Part shown: positions 39,001-51,127 of the stretch, piece after piece
How positions within the stretch are numbered: the first letter of the stretch is position 1
How the letters are laid out: each line of letters opens with the position of its first letter
Source: Amoebophrya sp. A120
Lineage: Eukaryota > Protista > Dinoflagellata
Assembly: GCA_905178155.1 (NCBI GenBank)
Contig: CAJINV010000004.1
Span: 5,806,828 to 5,870,827, forward strand
Direction of reading: 5' to 3'
Length of the DNA: 64,000 nt
Program-made: the position numbers and the translations under genes
The notes under the pieces: model-generated
Told to the model about the DNA's origin: nothing
The model's input: only the letters and a program-made list of their open reading frames with translations
Databases searched by the model: none

Positions 39001-42000
39001 TTTTTTTGGATCAGAAGCCGCGGGGGCGTACGTCCGCTTCGCAATAATGGAAATCTCGTCTCCAGCTTCAGCTGCAGCTGCGAAGAAAATCATGGGTGTT
39101 CCTTTCGAGGGCCGGGCGATGTTGGCCGCCCCCTCGATCTCCTGGAAATCGCCGTCGCGCCAATGCCAGTTATGCACCATTGCAAATACGTCTAGGTCTA
39201 GGAGTAGAAAGTAATGCCAAATATGGATCATTGTGATAATGTGTGTCTCAAGGTTACGACCCACCACTTTTTTCCGAAGAAAAGGGCGAATTTCATCTTC
39301 TCATACCACAGATTTTAGACATTTAGCAGCTGTTCCTCCTGTGCAAAATAAATCTGTGAAGATGCTTCTCCTGTGTCGTGCACTTTTCCAGACAACTATC
39401 TGGTAGTTGGGCCAGCACGAGATGCATCATGACAAAAACGAACGCAGCGTAGTACTACAACTCGTCTTACAGGAGACCCAGACAGATCTGCATTTGTGAT
39501 ACCACTTTCGAAAGTACAACGTGTTGTGCTCAGTCGCCGTGCGGGGGACCTGAAAGGGCTGGAACGCGTTCTGCATGACCCATTTCGTCTCGCTTATTCC
39601 GGGAATTGGATTATCCTTCGGGTACGCGTAAAGCTCGCTGGTGACTCGAATCTCGTAGGGCACGAGATTTAATATCTCGGCTTGTTGATGCACTTCTCTC
39701 ACAGCACCACGACGACTTCCCGGTGCAGCCACGTTAAACATTTGCCCAGTCTCGTAGTTTGGTTGCCCCCAGTTCGCACTGACGATCGCGCGTGAAATGT
39801 ACATTACGCCCTTTTCCGAGTACTTGTACTCCAACACGGCCCCTGCGCCCCTCGGCTGCGCCGCCCGCAAGGAGGCAAAAATCCAAGGAGCCTTATTGGA
39901 GCTCATGGTCAGGCCTCCCTGGTAGAAGTATCTCTCCCTGTTTCGATTATATCCGTACCCGGACCGGCTGCGCGAGTCGGGGAGAATCCGCCAGTCGCCT
40001 CGGGAGAGGTCTCCTTCACTGAAGATACCCTCTACTTCGTGCTGCTGTACCACAGATACCGCGCGGCCCCTTTCATCAACTTCTTTGACAGGTACCTGGT
40101 ACTGCAACCACCCCAATCCATCCGGAACAAGGTCTTCCTCTACTTTCGGTTCTTTCGGGTTGTGCAATATCATCTCCCCGAAATACTGCCCACTCAGCGG
40201 CTGTTTGGCTTTGGCCACTGTTTCTTGTCCCATTGCAGCTCCTGCTGTGTAGTCATGATTCCACCACTTCACATGCGCAAAATGCACCGCGCCTTCTGGT
40301 CCCCTCCCGAAATGATGGTCCACAGGCGCGTACACTGTGTAAATGCGGTGCTGCGCGGCCGCTCCATCATCGCCCCAAAAAGTACGACGACACGTTTCCA
40401 CCGGACACGGGACAAAGTCCAAAGCATGCAGAAACCTGTGGTGCAGGATCATGGTTCCACCTTGGGCAGGTGGCGGAGCACTTGCGGAGCTGGTGGCCAA
40501 AGGCGGGATATTGATCTCGCCTCGTCCACTTGCACCTTTAATTGACACCTCACCGACCCGCTTGCCGAGTGTCACGATTACGTCGAGATCATCGTGAACG
40601 CCGTTTATCATGCTGAGTCTCGCGTCCAGGGGCCATCCGTTCTGCCAGTTGGCAGTAGTAACGGTACGACCAAGACTCCGGCGCGGTGCTTGTTCTACCG
40701 GCACCTCAAAAGTCTCCACCTCCAACTATGACTTGCTCAGATGTTACAATCTCAAACGTTACAATTAGAGTCTGGATTTTGTGATGCAAAACGTGCAACG
40801 CCTGGGCCTGGCCTACTCCCACAGCAGTGCGCATGACGGGTTCTGGAGCCCCAAACTGCACTGAAATCCAGCGCAATTTGTATTGCGAAAAGCGCATGCC
40901 TCTCTCTGTTACTCATGTTGGATATGCAAGACAAATCCCAGACTCTATTGCAACGTTTGAGATTGTAGCACCTGAGCGGGTTATACCAACTTCCCCTCTT
41001 TGTCCTGCGGTCGATCATTCCACCACTTTCCCACGCTATCATATTGAAAAGCGCCCCTATCTCGCCCCAGAACTACAAAGAAAGGATTTGCATCGCAAAG
41101 CTTCCACCGCGGCGCGTGGAGCAGCGTCAGGGTCAGGTATTTGCAGAAATGCAGATTATATAGCAAAAATTTTTTGTGTTGCAAAACTTTCAGAAGTGCT
41201 TGTCAATGTCATGCAAAGGTGGATGTTCATTTATTTTCATACAGTCTAGAAGAAATTGGATCAGCGTCTGCTAAGATCGACGTATATATAATTTCGTGCA
41301 TAATTGGAATAAAAAAATTTTTTTCTTCAAGAACAATCTTATGCATTACAAACGTTTCCAACGACTCGTGCTGGAGGTGGAAGAGGGGCGCTTTTCACCG
41401 GAATACTCGTATCTGGTCCTTTCGATATACTCGGTCCCATCGCTGCGGTATGTACGCGTCTCCATCGTAAATGTTCCGCGGCCGTTTCGCACAATCCGAG
41501 CGCCTATCCATTGCAAACATGTCTGAATCTGGAAACAAGGTAGTACGACAGCAGAGGCGTGACACAACAATTTCAAATCTGTTGTGCTGTTGCATGTTGA
41601 CGACCAACAGTTACCCACATCGTTTCCATTCCTGCGACGCAAGAAGCGATTTTCTCAAGTGGGAGACGAGGCATTGCAAAGCATTCGCAACAGTGGCTTT
41701 CGTCCGCGGCATAATTCCAGACTTATCCTATGTGGTCAACAAAAAAGAAGCATGACAAACAGTCGCATTGTTCTTCTAGACGCAGATCGATATAATTTGC
41801 ATTTGATAGTTCCGAGATAGAGCTCTAGCGCCTTCCTTGCGCTGGACCCCTCGACGCGTTCAATCTGGGCACCCACGTCGCCCAAAAAAGAACATGGGGC
41901 GGCATCGCCGTCGCAAAATTTTTCCGCGCGGCGAGCAGCTGCAATTTTCGCCCCCGTGGAGAGGGGTTCGGTGTCTCTTTCAGCTTCCCGCCCAACTTTG

Positions 42001-42542
42001 CGGTACACCTCCCCGGTGTGCAGCTGGTCGGGCTGCGTTGCGTCTGCGTGCCCGACCCCGGGGGCTGCGTACGGTAGGTAGACCACATCTCCTTGGTAAA
42101 AACATCGGGTTTCGCGGAGCCGAAAGGAGGCGGTCCTCGTAGTAGTTCCTTGTTGGCCTTCAGAATCAGAAGTAGTTGATGTTGAGAACATAAATTCAGC
42201 GTCGGCGATGCTGAATTTGTCCGGTTCATTGTCTGGATTCAGCTGCTTGTAGAGCAGGTTTTCCGCGCGGATTTTCGCATTCATGTCCGGCAGCAGCGGC
42301 AGAAACTCGCAGGGCCAGTCGAAGGACAGCGGGCCCTTGATCTGTCCGCCGTGGACGCTAACCTTGGACTCCAGGATCGGGACCTGCACGTAAAACTTCT
42401 CGTGCAGGAGCTCCTGATCAACTACAACACCAAGAACTGGCCGCAAGAACCACCCACACCAGGGGTAGTACGCCGCCAGGAGGGAAGTAGAACCGAGGTA
42501 ACAAAAAAGTCGACACATCTTCTTCACCAGGATGCTGTGCAT
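36003..42542 (-). CDS. Large secreted protein (~1434 aa) with a C-terminal papain-like (C1A) cysteine protease domain; nine introners
   Basis: VRDQENTGTCYAYAAA (Gln/Cys), GPVMV, SHAMAVVGY (His), WILKNSW (Asn); N-terminal hydrophobic signal; ten exons join in frame; spliced length 4305 nt. Confidence 0.87.
36410..36701. mobile_element. Degenerate introner family D (292 nt)
   Basis: tatcctgagtaaaaac..gacgtcccc / ggggacgttcatttctcgcgggata; DR agcat/accct; frame restored. Confidence 0.75.
36941..37090. mobile_element. Introner family B (150 nt)
   Basis: Family B TIRs; DR GCCTG. Confidence 0.95.
37657..37806. mobile_element. Introner family B (150 nt)
   Basis: Family B TIRs; DR ACTGT. Confidence 0.93.
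38253..38418. mobile_element. Degenerate introner family B (166 nt)
   Basis: Left TIR clear, right decayed; DR gtgca/gtaca; frame restored. Confidence 0.8.
38641..38815. mobile_element. Introner family I (175 nt)
   Basis: TIR tatccactggaaatttcccggaca / tgtacgggaaatttgtattgcata; DR GCTTC; absent from the paralogous copy at ~31880. Confidence 0.92.
39171..39501. mobile_element. Degenerate introner family A (331 nt)
   Basis: tatgcaccattgcaaatacgtctaggtctagga / agacccagacagatctgcatttgtgata; DR ccagt/ccact; frame restored (RKWHW). Confidence 0.8.
40727..40985. mobile_element. Introner family E (259 nt)
   Basis: TIR tatgacttgctcagatgttacaatctcaaacgttacaat / attgcaacgtttgagattgtagcacctgagcgggttata; DR CCAAC. 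Confidence 0.94.
41043..41405. mobile_element. Introner family J (~363 nt, decayed termini)
   Basis: Perfect 14-bp inverted repeat tgaaaagcgcccct / aggggcgcttttca near the ends; DR atcat/ctcgt; frame restored. Confidence 0.7.
41505..41808. mobile_element. Degenerate introner family A (304 nt)
   Basis: Family A-like TIRs; DR gcgcc/gttcc; frame restored (YLGARI). Confidence 0.8.
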
Positions 42543-43069
42543 AGATGTGGTCAATCAGAATCAGTCGCTTATGGTTATGACAAGGGTTCCAAGGTAGAAA
42601 AATGAGATAAAGATATGGATATCAATCACAACTGCATACTTACTTTGTTTCGCGAACAAAATCATACAACGAATCGCCTTACTCACTGCACTTGCAGTGC
42701 CCTCGGGTGAGGAATGAGACAAAGAAGAAAAATAATGCTGGGAACAAGTTGTACTTCTAATTTTGGAAATTCACTGAGAGTGAGAATATTACACGATTTT
42801 CGGATACCAGGCAACACCTTGCCGATAATAAGCCCACAACTTATACATTCATCCGATTCCGAGCACATCATCGACATAGCATAGACATACACTCAAAACA
42901 GGGATCATCGAAGGAATTTGGAGAAAGTCAAATGATCTGCCGTCCTTCGTAGGAGCTCCGGTCATTCGAAAATAGCTGCCCTCATATTTTTCTTGACCGA
43001 TATAGGAGTATATTTTTCTTGTCCGATAGAACCGGTTCCGGTCACAACCACCGAGGTAGACGTAGAATC

Positions 43070-43153
43070 GTATGCGGCTACGGACCGAATCAGGCAGACC
43101 GAATCACACCAGTACAGATCGTGTACGGCTACGGACCGAATCAGGCAGACCGA
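43070..43153. repeat. Short direct repeat (cggctacggaccgaatcaggcagaccga x2)
   Basis: Two identical ~28-nt copies about 50 nt apart. Confidence 0.8.
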
Positions 43154-43860
43154 TGTATAATCTTTTCGAGCGTGGTATTATCATTGTGAACTACAGTCGT
43201 GCACAACCCTGATGTTGATGAGGGCGATGTTGCTTGAACTAGAAGAGATCTTGCATTAGCAATTAGCATTGGCGCAAACAACGAATAAAAAAAAGAACAC
43301 GACTTTTTCAATGGCTATTACCCTCCAGCCGGTTGAAAACTTTCGGAGGATCGAAAACAATCGGACCACCTGGTGCTGCACGGAATTCCTAAAAGATTTC
43401 AGTCCCTCCTGGTAGTTCTGAATTTCGAAACACTTCGAATATTCAATAAGGCGGTCTACTTCTTTGTCATCTTTCCATCTGCTCCTACTGTAGGAGCGGA
43501 TGGAAAGAAGTAGACCATCCCTTGTAGGAGTCCTAGTATACAAGGGAAGGACTACTACAACTCCGTTGGTCTACTTGGCAGCTGCCCCGGAAAATCGATA
43601 CTACCTTCTCGCTTGCTTCCTCTACAACTTTCTCATGTACACCTCGTACGAATAAAAAAGTACTTAGAAGAAGCAAGTTGTATTTCTAATTTTGATTTTC
43701 GTTATTTCGTCACGAGACGAGACGAAAATACTAGTGCATACTGTGCTGGACGGCCGAGTAGAGTGTTCCAAAATTGGCGTAGAAGACACACGCCCTCTGT
43801 AATTCCATTTCATAGGCGTCGGTCTGCTGCCTCGTTGTTCGCTTGGTGCTTCTGTTCCAG

Positions 43861-45654
43861 TTAGACAGCCTCGCTCGCAGCTTGGTCGTGTGCTGCTTTC
43901 TTCGCATCCGGATCAAAAACCTTTCCTCCTGGAAGCGGTAATAAAACTCGAGCTCTCTTCTTTCGTCCTGCCAAGTCATCTTCAGGTGGATGTTGTATCA
44001 GAGGAGGCTCGGTGTTCTCGGTTCTCCTCGGTGCTGGCCCCGCAGGTCGTGGATAGTCCCCGACCACGCCGCCCACTAGGTTTGCTGGCGGAAAGGCGTG
44101 AAAGGGAGCCTCGTTAGGTGGGAAGGGAGGTAACGAAGTTCCCTTTCGCACTCCAGCTTCCACCTTCTTCCATGCAAGACGTCTTCGCTGCTCCTCCGCT
44201 TTCGCAGCTCTAGCCTTTTGGTCTTCTTGTACTAGCTGCGAGCTATTCAATGTTGATGTTCCGATCTTGGGTTCATGTGTAGGTTTGTCACCACTTGTGT
44301 CTACATGCGGGAGGTCCCCCGCCGGACGGCGAGGAGGCACATCAGAACTGCTTCCCGGCTTGTTCGACGACCCCGGCGATGTCCCGGCTGTATGCACGCC
44401 AGCCGGGTCTCCTGTCGGGGGCGGCGGCCCCTGAGCTGCCGGCGACCACCAGTTTTCGTACAACGCATGCTCTGGCGGACTTCCTCCGGGCGCCGGCGGC
44501 GCCGACCATGCAGCTGCACCCGGAGGCGGATAGTACAAGCACCCAGGAGAGTTGTAAAAATGCTGAGAAGAAGGCGGCGGCTGGTAGTGCGGCGGGACGA
44601 CCATGTGCGGAGGCGCAGGAGGTCCACCTGGAACGAAGTGTTGAAAATGCGCTCCATATAATTGCTGCTGCGGCGGTACTAGAAGTGGTTCTTGCGGATA
44701 CAACAATCCAGGATGCGCATGTGAAGATCCACCTTCAGTTTGAACAGTATGCCGTGGTCGCTTGCCTTCTTGCTCCCCACGACGATCCTCTTCATCTTCA
44801 TCTTCTCCGCTGTCCCGCTCCGATCCAGATGATAATGGAGAAAGATCGACTCGGCCGCGTTTTCTTTTGTTCCGCCTCCTCTCGTTCCTCTGCTGCGCTC
44901 TACTTTTATCCTTAGGCAGCGGAATTCGACGGAGTAGTAGGCGTCTGGCGCTTTCTGTGCTCTTCCACTCTTGAAGCCTGGTATAATCGTTGTCCTCAGG
45001 ATCTCGCTTGTGGAAAATGTACCAGTCTCCACGCCCCGATTGCACCGGACCGACCCAGCCAGCTGTGTCTGGTTCAAGTCGGTCCTGGACTGCGCCCAAA
45101 AGCAGAAACGCAATTTTGAGGGGCGACTCGTCCTGAACTATGGTGTTCGTGAGCTGCAATCGACCATCATTCGTCTTCGTCAGCTTTTTGCTCCACAGAG
45201 ACAGCTTCCGTTCGGTAACAAGGTCCTTCAAATACGCAAAGCACCCTAAAACTGATCTATCCGCGTAAAATCTGTGCGGAATTTTGCCTTCCGCTGCTAG
45301 GAGATTCATCTTCTGAAGAACCTCTCCCCTGACATCGAAATTTTCGTCGTCTCCGAGGATCTTCGTACGAATGTGCGTGGTGCAAATCTCTCCCTTCTCT
45401 TCGTGGGATAGTGCTGCCAGTTTTTGTTTCAGCGTAGTTGTTTCATCGTGGGTAATATTCGTGGTCCACCCGTGCGCGGCAAGCTGCGGCTCGGCACTGC
45501 TTGCCGCCTCAGCAACGTTGAGAGGACTGCCGACAGAGCAAAGCATTACGGACAATACTAAAGCTCGAAAGGAGGTCGTCGCGCGCTGCTCCTTCGTCGT
45601 AAAACTTAAACGGCGAGAGGAACTGCCGGGAGGCTGCGTGCGAAGCATCTTCAT
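43861..45654 (-). CDS. Secreted AGWVGPV-family protein, paralogue 4 (597 aa, intronless)
   Basis: Signal FRALVLSVMLCSVGSPLNVAEAA; family domain; basic clusters RRRNKRKRGR and RKKRAR; Pro-rich tail. Confidence 0.88.
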   Translation of the reverse strand: MKMLRTQPPGSSSRRLSFTTKEQRATTSFRALVLSVMLCSVGSPLNVAEAASSAEPQLAAHGWTTNITHDETTTLKQKLAALSHEEKGEICTTHIRTKILGDDENFDVRGEVLQKMNLLAAEGKIPHRFYADRSVLGCFAYLKDLVTERKLSLWSKKLTKTNDGRLQLTNTIVQDESPLKIAFLLLGAVQDRLEPDTAGWVGPVQSGRGDWYIFHKRDPEDNDYTRLQEWKSTESARRLLLRRIPLPKDKSRAQQRNERRRNKRKRGRVDLSPLSSGSERDSGEDEDEEDRRGEQEGKRPRHTVQTEGGSSHAHPGLLYPQEPLLVPPQQQLYGAHFQHFVPGGPPAPPHMVVPPHYQPPPSSQHFYNSPGCLYYPPPGAAAWSAPPAPGGSPPEHALYENWWSPAAQGPPPPTGDPAGVHTAGTSPGSSNKPGSSSDVPPRRPAGDLPHVDTSGDKPTHEPKIGTSTLNSSQLVQEDQKARAAKAEEQRRRLAWKKVEAGVRKGTSLPPFPPNEAPFHAFPPANLVGGVVGDYPRPAGPAPRRTENTEPPLIQHPPEDDLAGRKKRARVLLPLPGGKVFDPDAKKAAHDQAASEAV

Positions 45655-47285
45655 TTTCGTACAATAGATTTTCAGTGCTACTAGCGGCGAATTATAATAG
45701 ATGATTTTAATTTAGTTACAACTTGTTCTACTTCAAGAACACCCTTGTAGAAGTCGTTCAAAAACTTATGGGGAAAAAGTTTTCTCTCCAAAAACGATGT
45801 TAAATGCAAAATTGATGTCGATTTCAAGCACAACGGCGCACTTCGATAGATACTTTAAATGAGTCCAAAAACTTTAAACCTCAGAATACAACTGCAAAAG
45901 CAATATCTTTGTTGATATTGCCTAACTACAAATAAAGTGCGACTTACGGATAAAATTGCTCAACTTCTGACTTCTGTGTACGTAGTAGATGAAAACAATC
46001 CAACACGACCAGAGAAATGCTACAATAAAAGGTTTTCAGTGTGGCCCACACTAATGAACCACGCAACAGTCGTTCATCTTGCTCCGGAAAAAGAATTCTC
46101 TCATCTCCTTGATGGAGGCGAGCAGTTTTTTTGTGATCTCTTTTTCGATCTCTTTTTCGTTCTTTCCGACTTTGGGTAAAATCTGTTGAACGACAGAGGC
46201 TCACCGATAGAGGATCTTACACATGACCATGCATCGCAGTACCATTTCGACGACCCCTTTGGTAGCAGAAAGCAAAAAGGTGGATCTTCTCGATTTATTT
46301 GATTTTCTTCATGAGGATCGGTTCTAGTTGCAAAGACCTTTTGCTTTTCATACAATCCGAGTTTCGGTTTCGGATCTCGCTTTACTTTCGGATCAATGAT
46401 CGTGCAGAAGTTTCACCTCATCGTCCTGTCATCGATTTCGGGAAAATTCCGGGGGTTGCGCGATGAATTTACCTCCTCCATCAAGGATGAGGTCAACGTA
46501 TGCGTGTATGATAATTGACGCATTCTTTAATATTCTCGATGGTGGTGCATCGTCACTGCTCCGTCGTCAGATGAAGATGTGTTTGTTTCTATTTTGGCTG
46601 TGCACGAGGCGCCGGCGTTCGTTTCTACAACGCCGGCGTTTATAGATTTCAGTCCTTTCTGCTTCTGGTAGTTGTGAATTTCGAAACTGCAGTTCGAAGA
46701 TTCAATAAGGCAGTCTACTTTGGATGCGCTCCACCTACAGGAAGGGAAGGACTACTACAACTCCAGTGCTCCTCTCGGCAGCTGCTGCCCCGGAAACGGG
46801 ATAATGCTGCTTTCTTGTTTGCTTCTTCGTACAACTTGTTTCTCAACATCTTCTCGTATAGGAAGATGTAGAAGAAGCTATCTTGATATTGATTTTCGTT
46901 TCGTACGCGTACCGACGAGACGAAAATACTCGCGCATACTCCTTTATTTAGGTTCAACTTTAAGACGATCATGTTGATATCGTCTAGTTATCATTCACTT
47001 CACATAATTTCTTGGACCTATAGTACCATCAATTTGTCTTTGCTACAATGTAGCGGACGACCCCGCTGCATACTTAGATCGAAGCTCAAGCTACTCCTTG
47101 CCGCATCTCGATCACCCACATCTAAAATTTTTGCCTTGCCTGGTGTCTTTCTTCGCGTTTGCATCCGGACGCAACAACACATGGAGCACAAGCGAGGGTA
47201 CTTACTTACGGTGCCAAAATGTTTATAGCGATTTGAATATAACTATATAGAAAGCAAAATGCCAAAGAGATTGAAGTGCTTCGGT

Positions 47286-47405
47286 ATAGTCAAAACCCCT
47301 GATATAGTACAGCAAAACGGGAATAGTCAAAACCCCTGATATAGTACAGCAAAACGGGAATCATAGTCAAAACGGGGATAGTGCAGCGCAATAGTCAAAA
47401 CCCCT
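47286..47405. repeat. 37-bp tandem repeat (2 full copies plus partial copies)
   Basis: atagtcaaaacccctgatatagtacagcaaaacggga at 47286 and 47323; fragments follow. Confidence 0.85.
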
Positions 47406-47461
47406 GGCAGGTCAGATACAACAGATTTCGGTTTGTGCGTTACGCGCCCGCCACCGTACCA

Positions 47462-49513
47462 TTAGGGTGCGGGGCCGGCATTACGTGCCCGCCGCCGTAC
47501 CATCCTCGGGGGCGTGCTGTGGTAAATTCCCCCTAACCCTGGTGGCGGGCGGACGGGAGGCACCTCCGACGATTCAGCTGCACCTGGACCAGGCGGGTAG
47601 TAGTAGTTGAGCCCATGGGACATCCCACCTGGAGGCGGGTAGTTGTTGTAGCTGAAGGTCATCCCATAGGGGAACGGGAACCACCCATAGTTGTTGTAGT
47701 AGTTGTAAAAATCCTGCTGATCAGGAGCAACTGGCCGCATCTGCGACTGGTCGTGGGGGGTATCAGGAGCAACTGGCGGCATCTGCGACTGGTCCTGGGG
47801 GCGTGCAAGAGCAAGAGCTTCTTGCCCGAGCTTCTGAAGCTCGCGGGTACTGGGCTTCTCTGCGTAGTCCCAGCAATCTCGCTTGCGGAAAGCATACATA
47901 CGCTCCTTTTTTTTGCGTGTAACGTTGACGGGACCGACCCAACCAGCTGGATTTGCTACACGTTGTTGCAGGACTGCACCGAGAAGCAGCTGAGCAATAT
48001 AAAATGTGTGGGACGACAACTCGTAAGGAACTATTGTGTTTTCCTGGCCGTCAGTCCTCAGCGTTCCCACCCACAGGCACAGGCTTTTATTCTCAACAAA
48101 TTCCTGCGCGTACGGATAGCAATGCAGATTAGATTTCTCAAGAAGAAGCTCAGGCGGAATGACGTCCCCGAGCCCGATCTCTTGCATGAGCTGCTCCGCG
48201 GCCGCCGTTTCACCACCCGTGCGTTGCAGTTGCCTGTCGTCCTCGTGCCCGATCTCTTGCATGAGCTGCTCCGCCGCCGTTTCACCACCCGCGCGTTGCT
48301 CGTCGTCCTCGTCTATCAAATGCAAAAATGTCTGGGTCTGGAACAAAGCAACTTGTCATGCTATAACTGAATCATGTAAACATCTGTGTTGCATGATTAC
48401 CAAAAGCTGTCCACTTTTGATCTAATCGAGAGGCAGTTTCTAATGCAGGATAGGCATGATAGAACTCGCACAGAATCTGTCATGCTATGTCCTCCATATC
48501 AGATCCCATGGGTCATGGAAAACCTGCATGACAAGTCTAGCATTCTTCCAGACGCAGACATTTTTACAATCCATATCGTCCCGGAGAATCTTCGTACGAT
48601 ATATGTACGCGTTGCAAATCTCGCGCTTCTGCTTTTCAGAAAGTTTATGCAGTTCCGCTTTCAGCTTCTCGTAGTCGTCTTCCGGCATCCACCCGGGCCG
48701 TTCTTGCTTGTTGTTGTTCCTCCGCCTGCTCCTCTTCGCATTGGCTGCAGCGTTGTAGAAGTTAGCCAGCCCACCTTTCGTGGCGCTTTCCGGGGGGTGC
48801 CAGTTTTGAAGATTGCTAGAGTTCTCGTCGCTAGGGTCTCGCTTCTGGAAAACGAACCACTCTCCACCGGACTTCCCACGTGGCACCGGACCGACCCAGC
48901 CAGCAGTGTCTGGTTGAAGTCGGTTCTGGACTGCCCCCAGTAGCATGTGCGCAATGTCGGATGAATCGAAGGACGAATCGTCCTGAACTGTGGCGTTCTC
49001 GAGCTGCACTGGACCCTCGTCTGTCATCTTTATCTTCTGGGTCCACAGAGACCAGTTGCGGTTGCTAGCAAGGGCCTTCAAATACGAGTGGCACCCTAGA
49101 ACAAGTTTGTAGTTGTAAAACACGGGCGGAATTTTAATTGTGCCGTCCTCCATGAGTGTCTCGAGGCTCTGCACCGCTGCGGTGGTCGTCCCTTTGCTTT
49201 TTTCGTCGACCTCTCCGAGGATCTTCGTACGAAGGTGCGCGGTGCAAATCTCCTCCTTCTCCTCGGGGGATAGTGCTGCCAGTTTCGCTTTCAACAGCTC
49301 ACCAGTTTCATCGTGGGCGATGCCGCGCGCGGCATCGGCAAGCTGCGGCTCAAAACTGCTTGCCGCGGCCTCAGCAACGTTGAGAGGACTGCCGGTAGAC
49401 CAAAGCATGACCGACAACACCAACACTCGCAAGGACGTCGCGCGCTTTTTCGTCGTAAAACTTAAACGGCGAGAGGAACTTCTGCCGGGAGGCTGCGGGC
49501 GAAGCATCTTCAT
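47462..49513 (-). CDS. Secreted AGWVGPV-family protein, paralogue 5 (~594 aa, two tandem family domains)
   Basis: ORFs 48485-49513 and 47462-48346 join in frame (ILRDEDDE); AGWVGPV occurs twice. Confidence 0.86.
48314..48575. mobile_element. Introner family A (262 nt), opposite orientation to 24370 and 53616
   Basis: Family A TIRs; DR TCGTC; interior is the reverse complement of 25135-25358. Confidence 0.95.
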
Positions 49514-49514
49514 T

Positions 49515-50530
49515 TTCGTGCAGTGAGGTTTTACTTGTAGTGTGCTATTTCTAGCGGCGAATGATAAAATATTTTATATTTAGTTACTTCTACTGCAGGA
49601 ACACCCTTGTAGAAGTCGTTCAAGATTCTTTCTGGCGGAAAAATTTCCTCTTTCAAAACGATATTAAATGAAAAATTGATGTCAATTTATTCAGATTCAA
49701 GCACAAGAACGGCAGCACACTTCAATAAATACTTCAAATGAGTGGTCCAAAAACTTTAGAATACAACCCCAAAATAGGCAATATCTTTGTTGATATTGCA
49801 AGTCTGATTTTGCTACGGTTACGGATAAAGTTCGTTGCTCAACAACTTCTGACTTCTGACTTCTCTGTACTAATAGATGGAAACATAAACAGTCCAACAT
49901 AAAACTACTAAAGAGGTTTTCAGTGTGACTCACACTAATAAACCACGCAACAGTAGTTCATCTTGTTCCGGAACAAGAATTCTCTCATCTCCTTTATGAA
50001 GGCGACCAGTTTTTTTGTGATCTCTTTTTCATTCTTTTCGGCTTTATCGGGTACAATCTGTTGACCGACAAAGGCTCACCGATAGAGTTGGATCTTACAC
50101 GTGACCCTCGTAGTACCATTTCGATCCATCTGGTAGAAAAAAGCAAAAAAGATCTTCTCGATCTTGATTTTCTTCATGAAGATCGGTTCTTGTTGCAAAG
50201 ACCTTTTGCTTTTCATACGATCTGAATTTTGGTTTCGGATCTCGCTTTACTTTCTATCTTGGAAAAATTTCATCACCGTCCTGTGATCGATTTCGGTAAA
50301 ATTGCGGAGGTTACGCGAATAATCAAACCACCAGGGTTAAATCAGTTGTCAAATCCAAGAACGAACTCAGCAGCTTGTATGACGCAATCCCGTCGATCTT
50401 TATTTCCGATGGTGTTCTTGGTGGTGCACTGCCACTGCATCGTCATTCTTATTGCTCAGTCGTTAGATTTCGATTTGTTTGTTTCTATCTTGGCTGTGCA
50501 CGACGAGGCGCTGGCGTTCGTTTCTACATA
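49515..50530. repeat. Diverged duplicate of 45655-46640 (upstream regions of paralogues 5 and 4)
   Basis: Colinear blocks, e.g. aacacccttgtagaagtcgttcaa, aaccacgcaacagt and gttgcaaagaccttttgcttttcatac, in both. Confidence 0.85.
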
Positions 50531-51127
50531 AGCAGGATAGGGACAACTACACTCGTCCATACGAAACATGGTGTAGAAGAGGACGAAGTGCGAAGCCAGC
50601 TCATGTGTAAGTAGCTCCGAGCAGGTGCTGCTCAGATATCTTCTCATCTGGTTCGTTGGCCATAGAAATCTTGATCCTCTCTAGAATCGACTTTTACTTT
50701 ACTCTAATACTATTTCATGAAACGTCTACAACTTTTATTTCGCGACCACTTCAGGAGTGCAGAAATTCAATATTCGCGACTGCTAAAAAAAGATTTGATT
50801 TGTCATGAGTTGTGGGTAGATAATGGAGGATGAAGATCTTGATTTCCAGCGTATACGTAAGAAAACTTGCTGGACATTATACTGGCTCATCTAATCTTCG
50901 AGGTCTCTACTCCGCCTTGGGAACTTGGCGGCTCAACTACAAAGTCTGGTGCAAAATGTAGTATCATCTGGATGTTGTACTTGATGGCGCAGACTTCTAC
51001 AATCAAGTTCTAAGGAGTTCTCAATATTTTTCATACTTCTAGTAGCACATTTTATCGTCGATAGCAGGTGTAGTTGAAAAGATATAATAGACAAGAATGG
51101 ATTTTACAACTCGAAATACATCGATAG

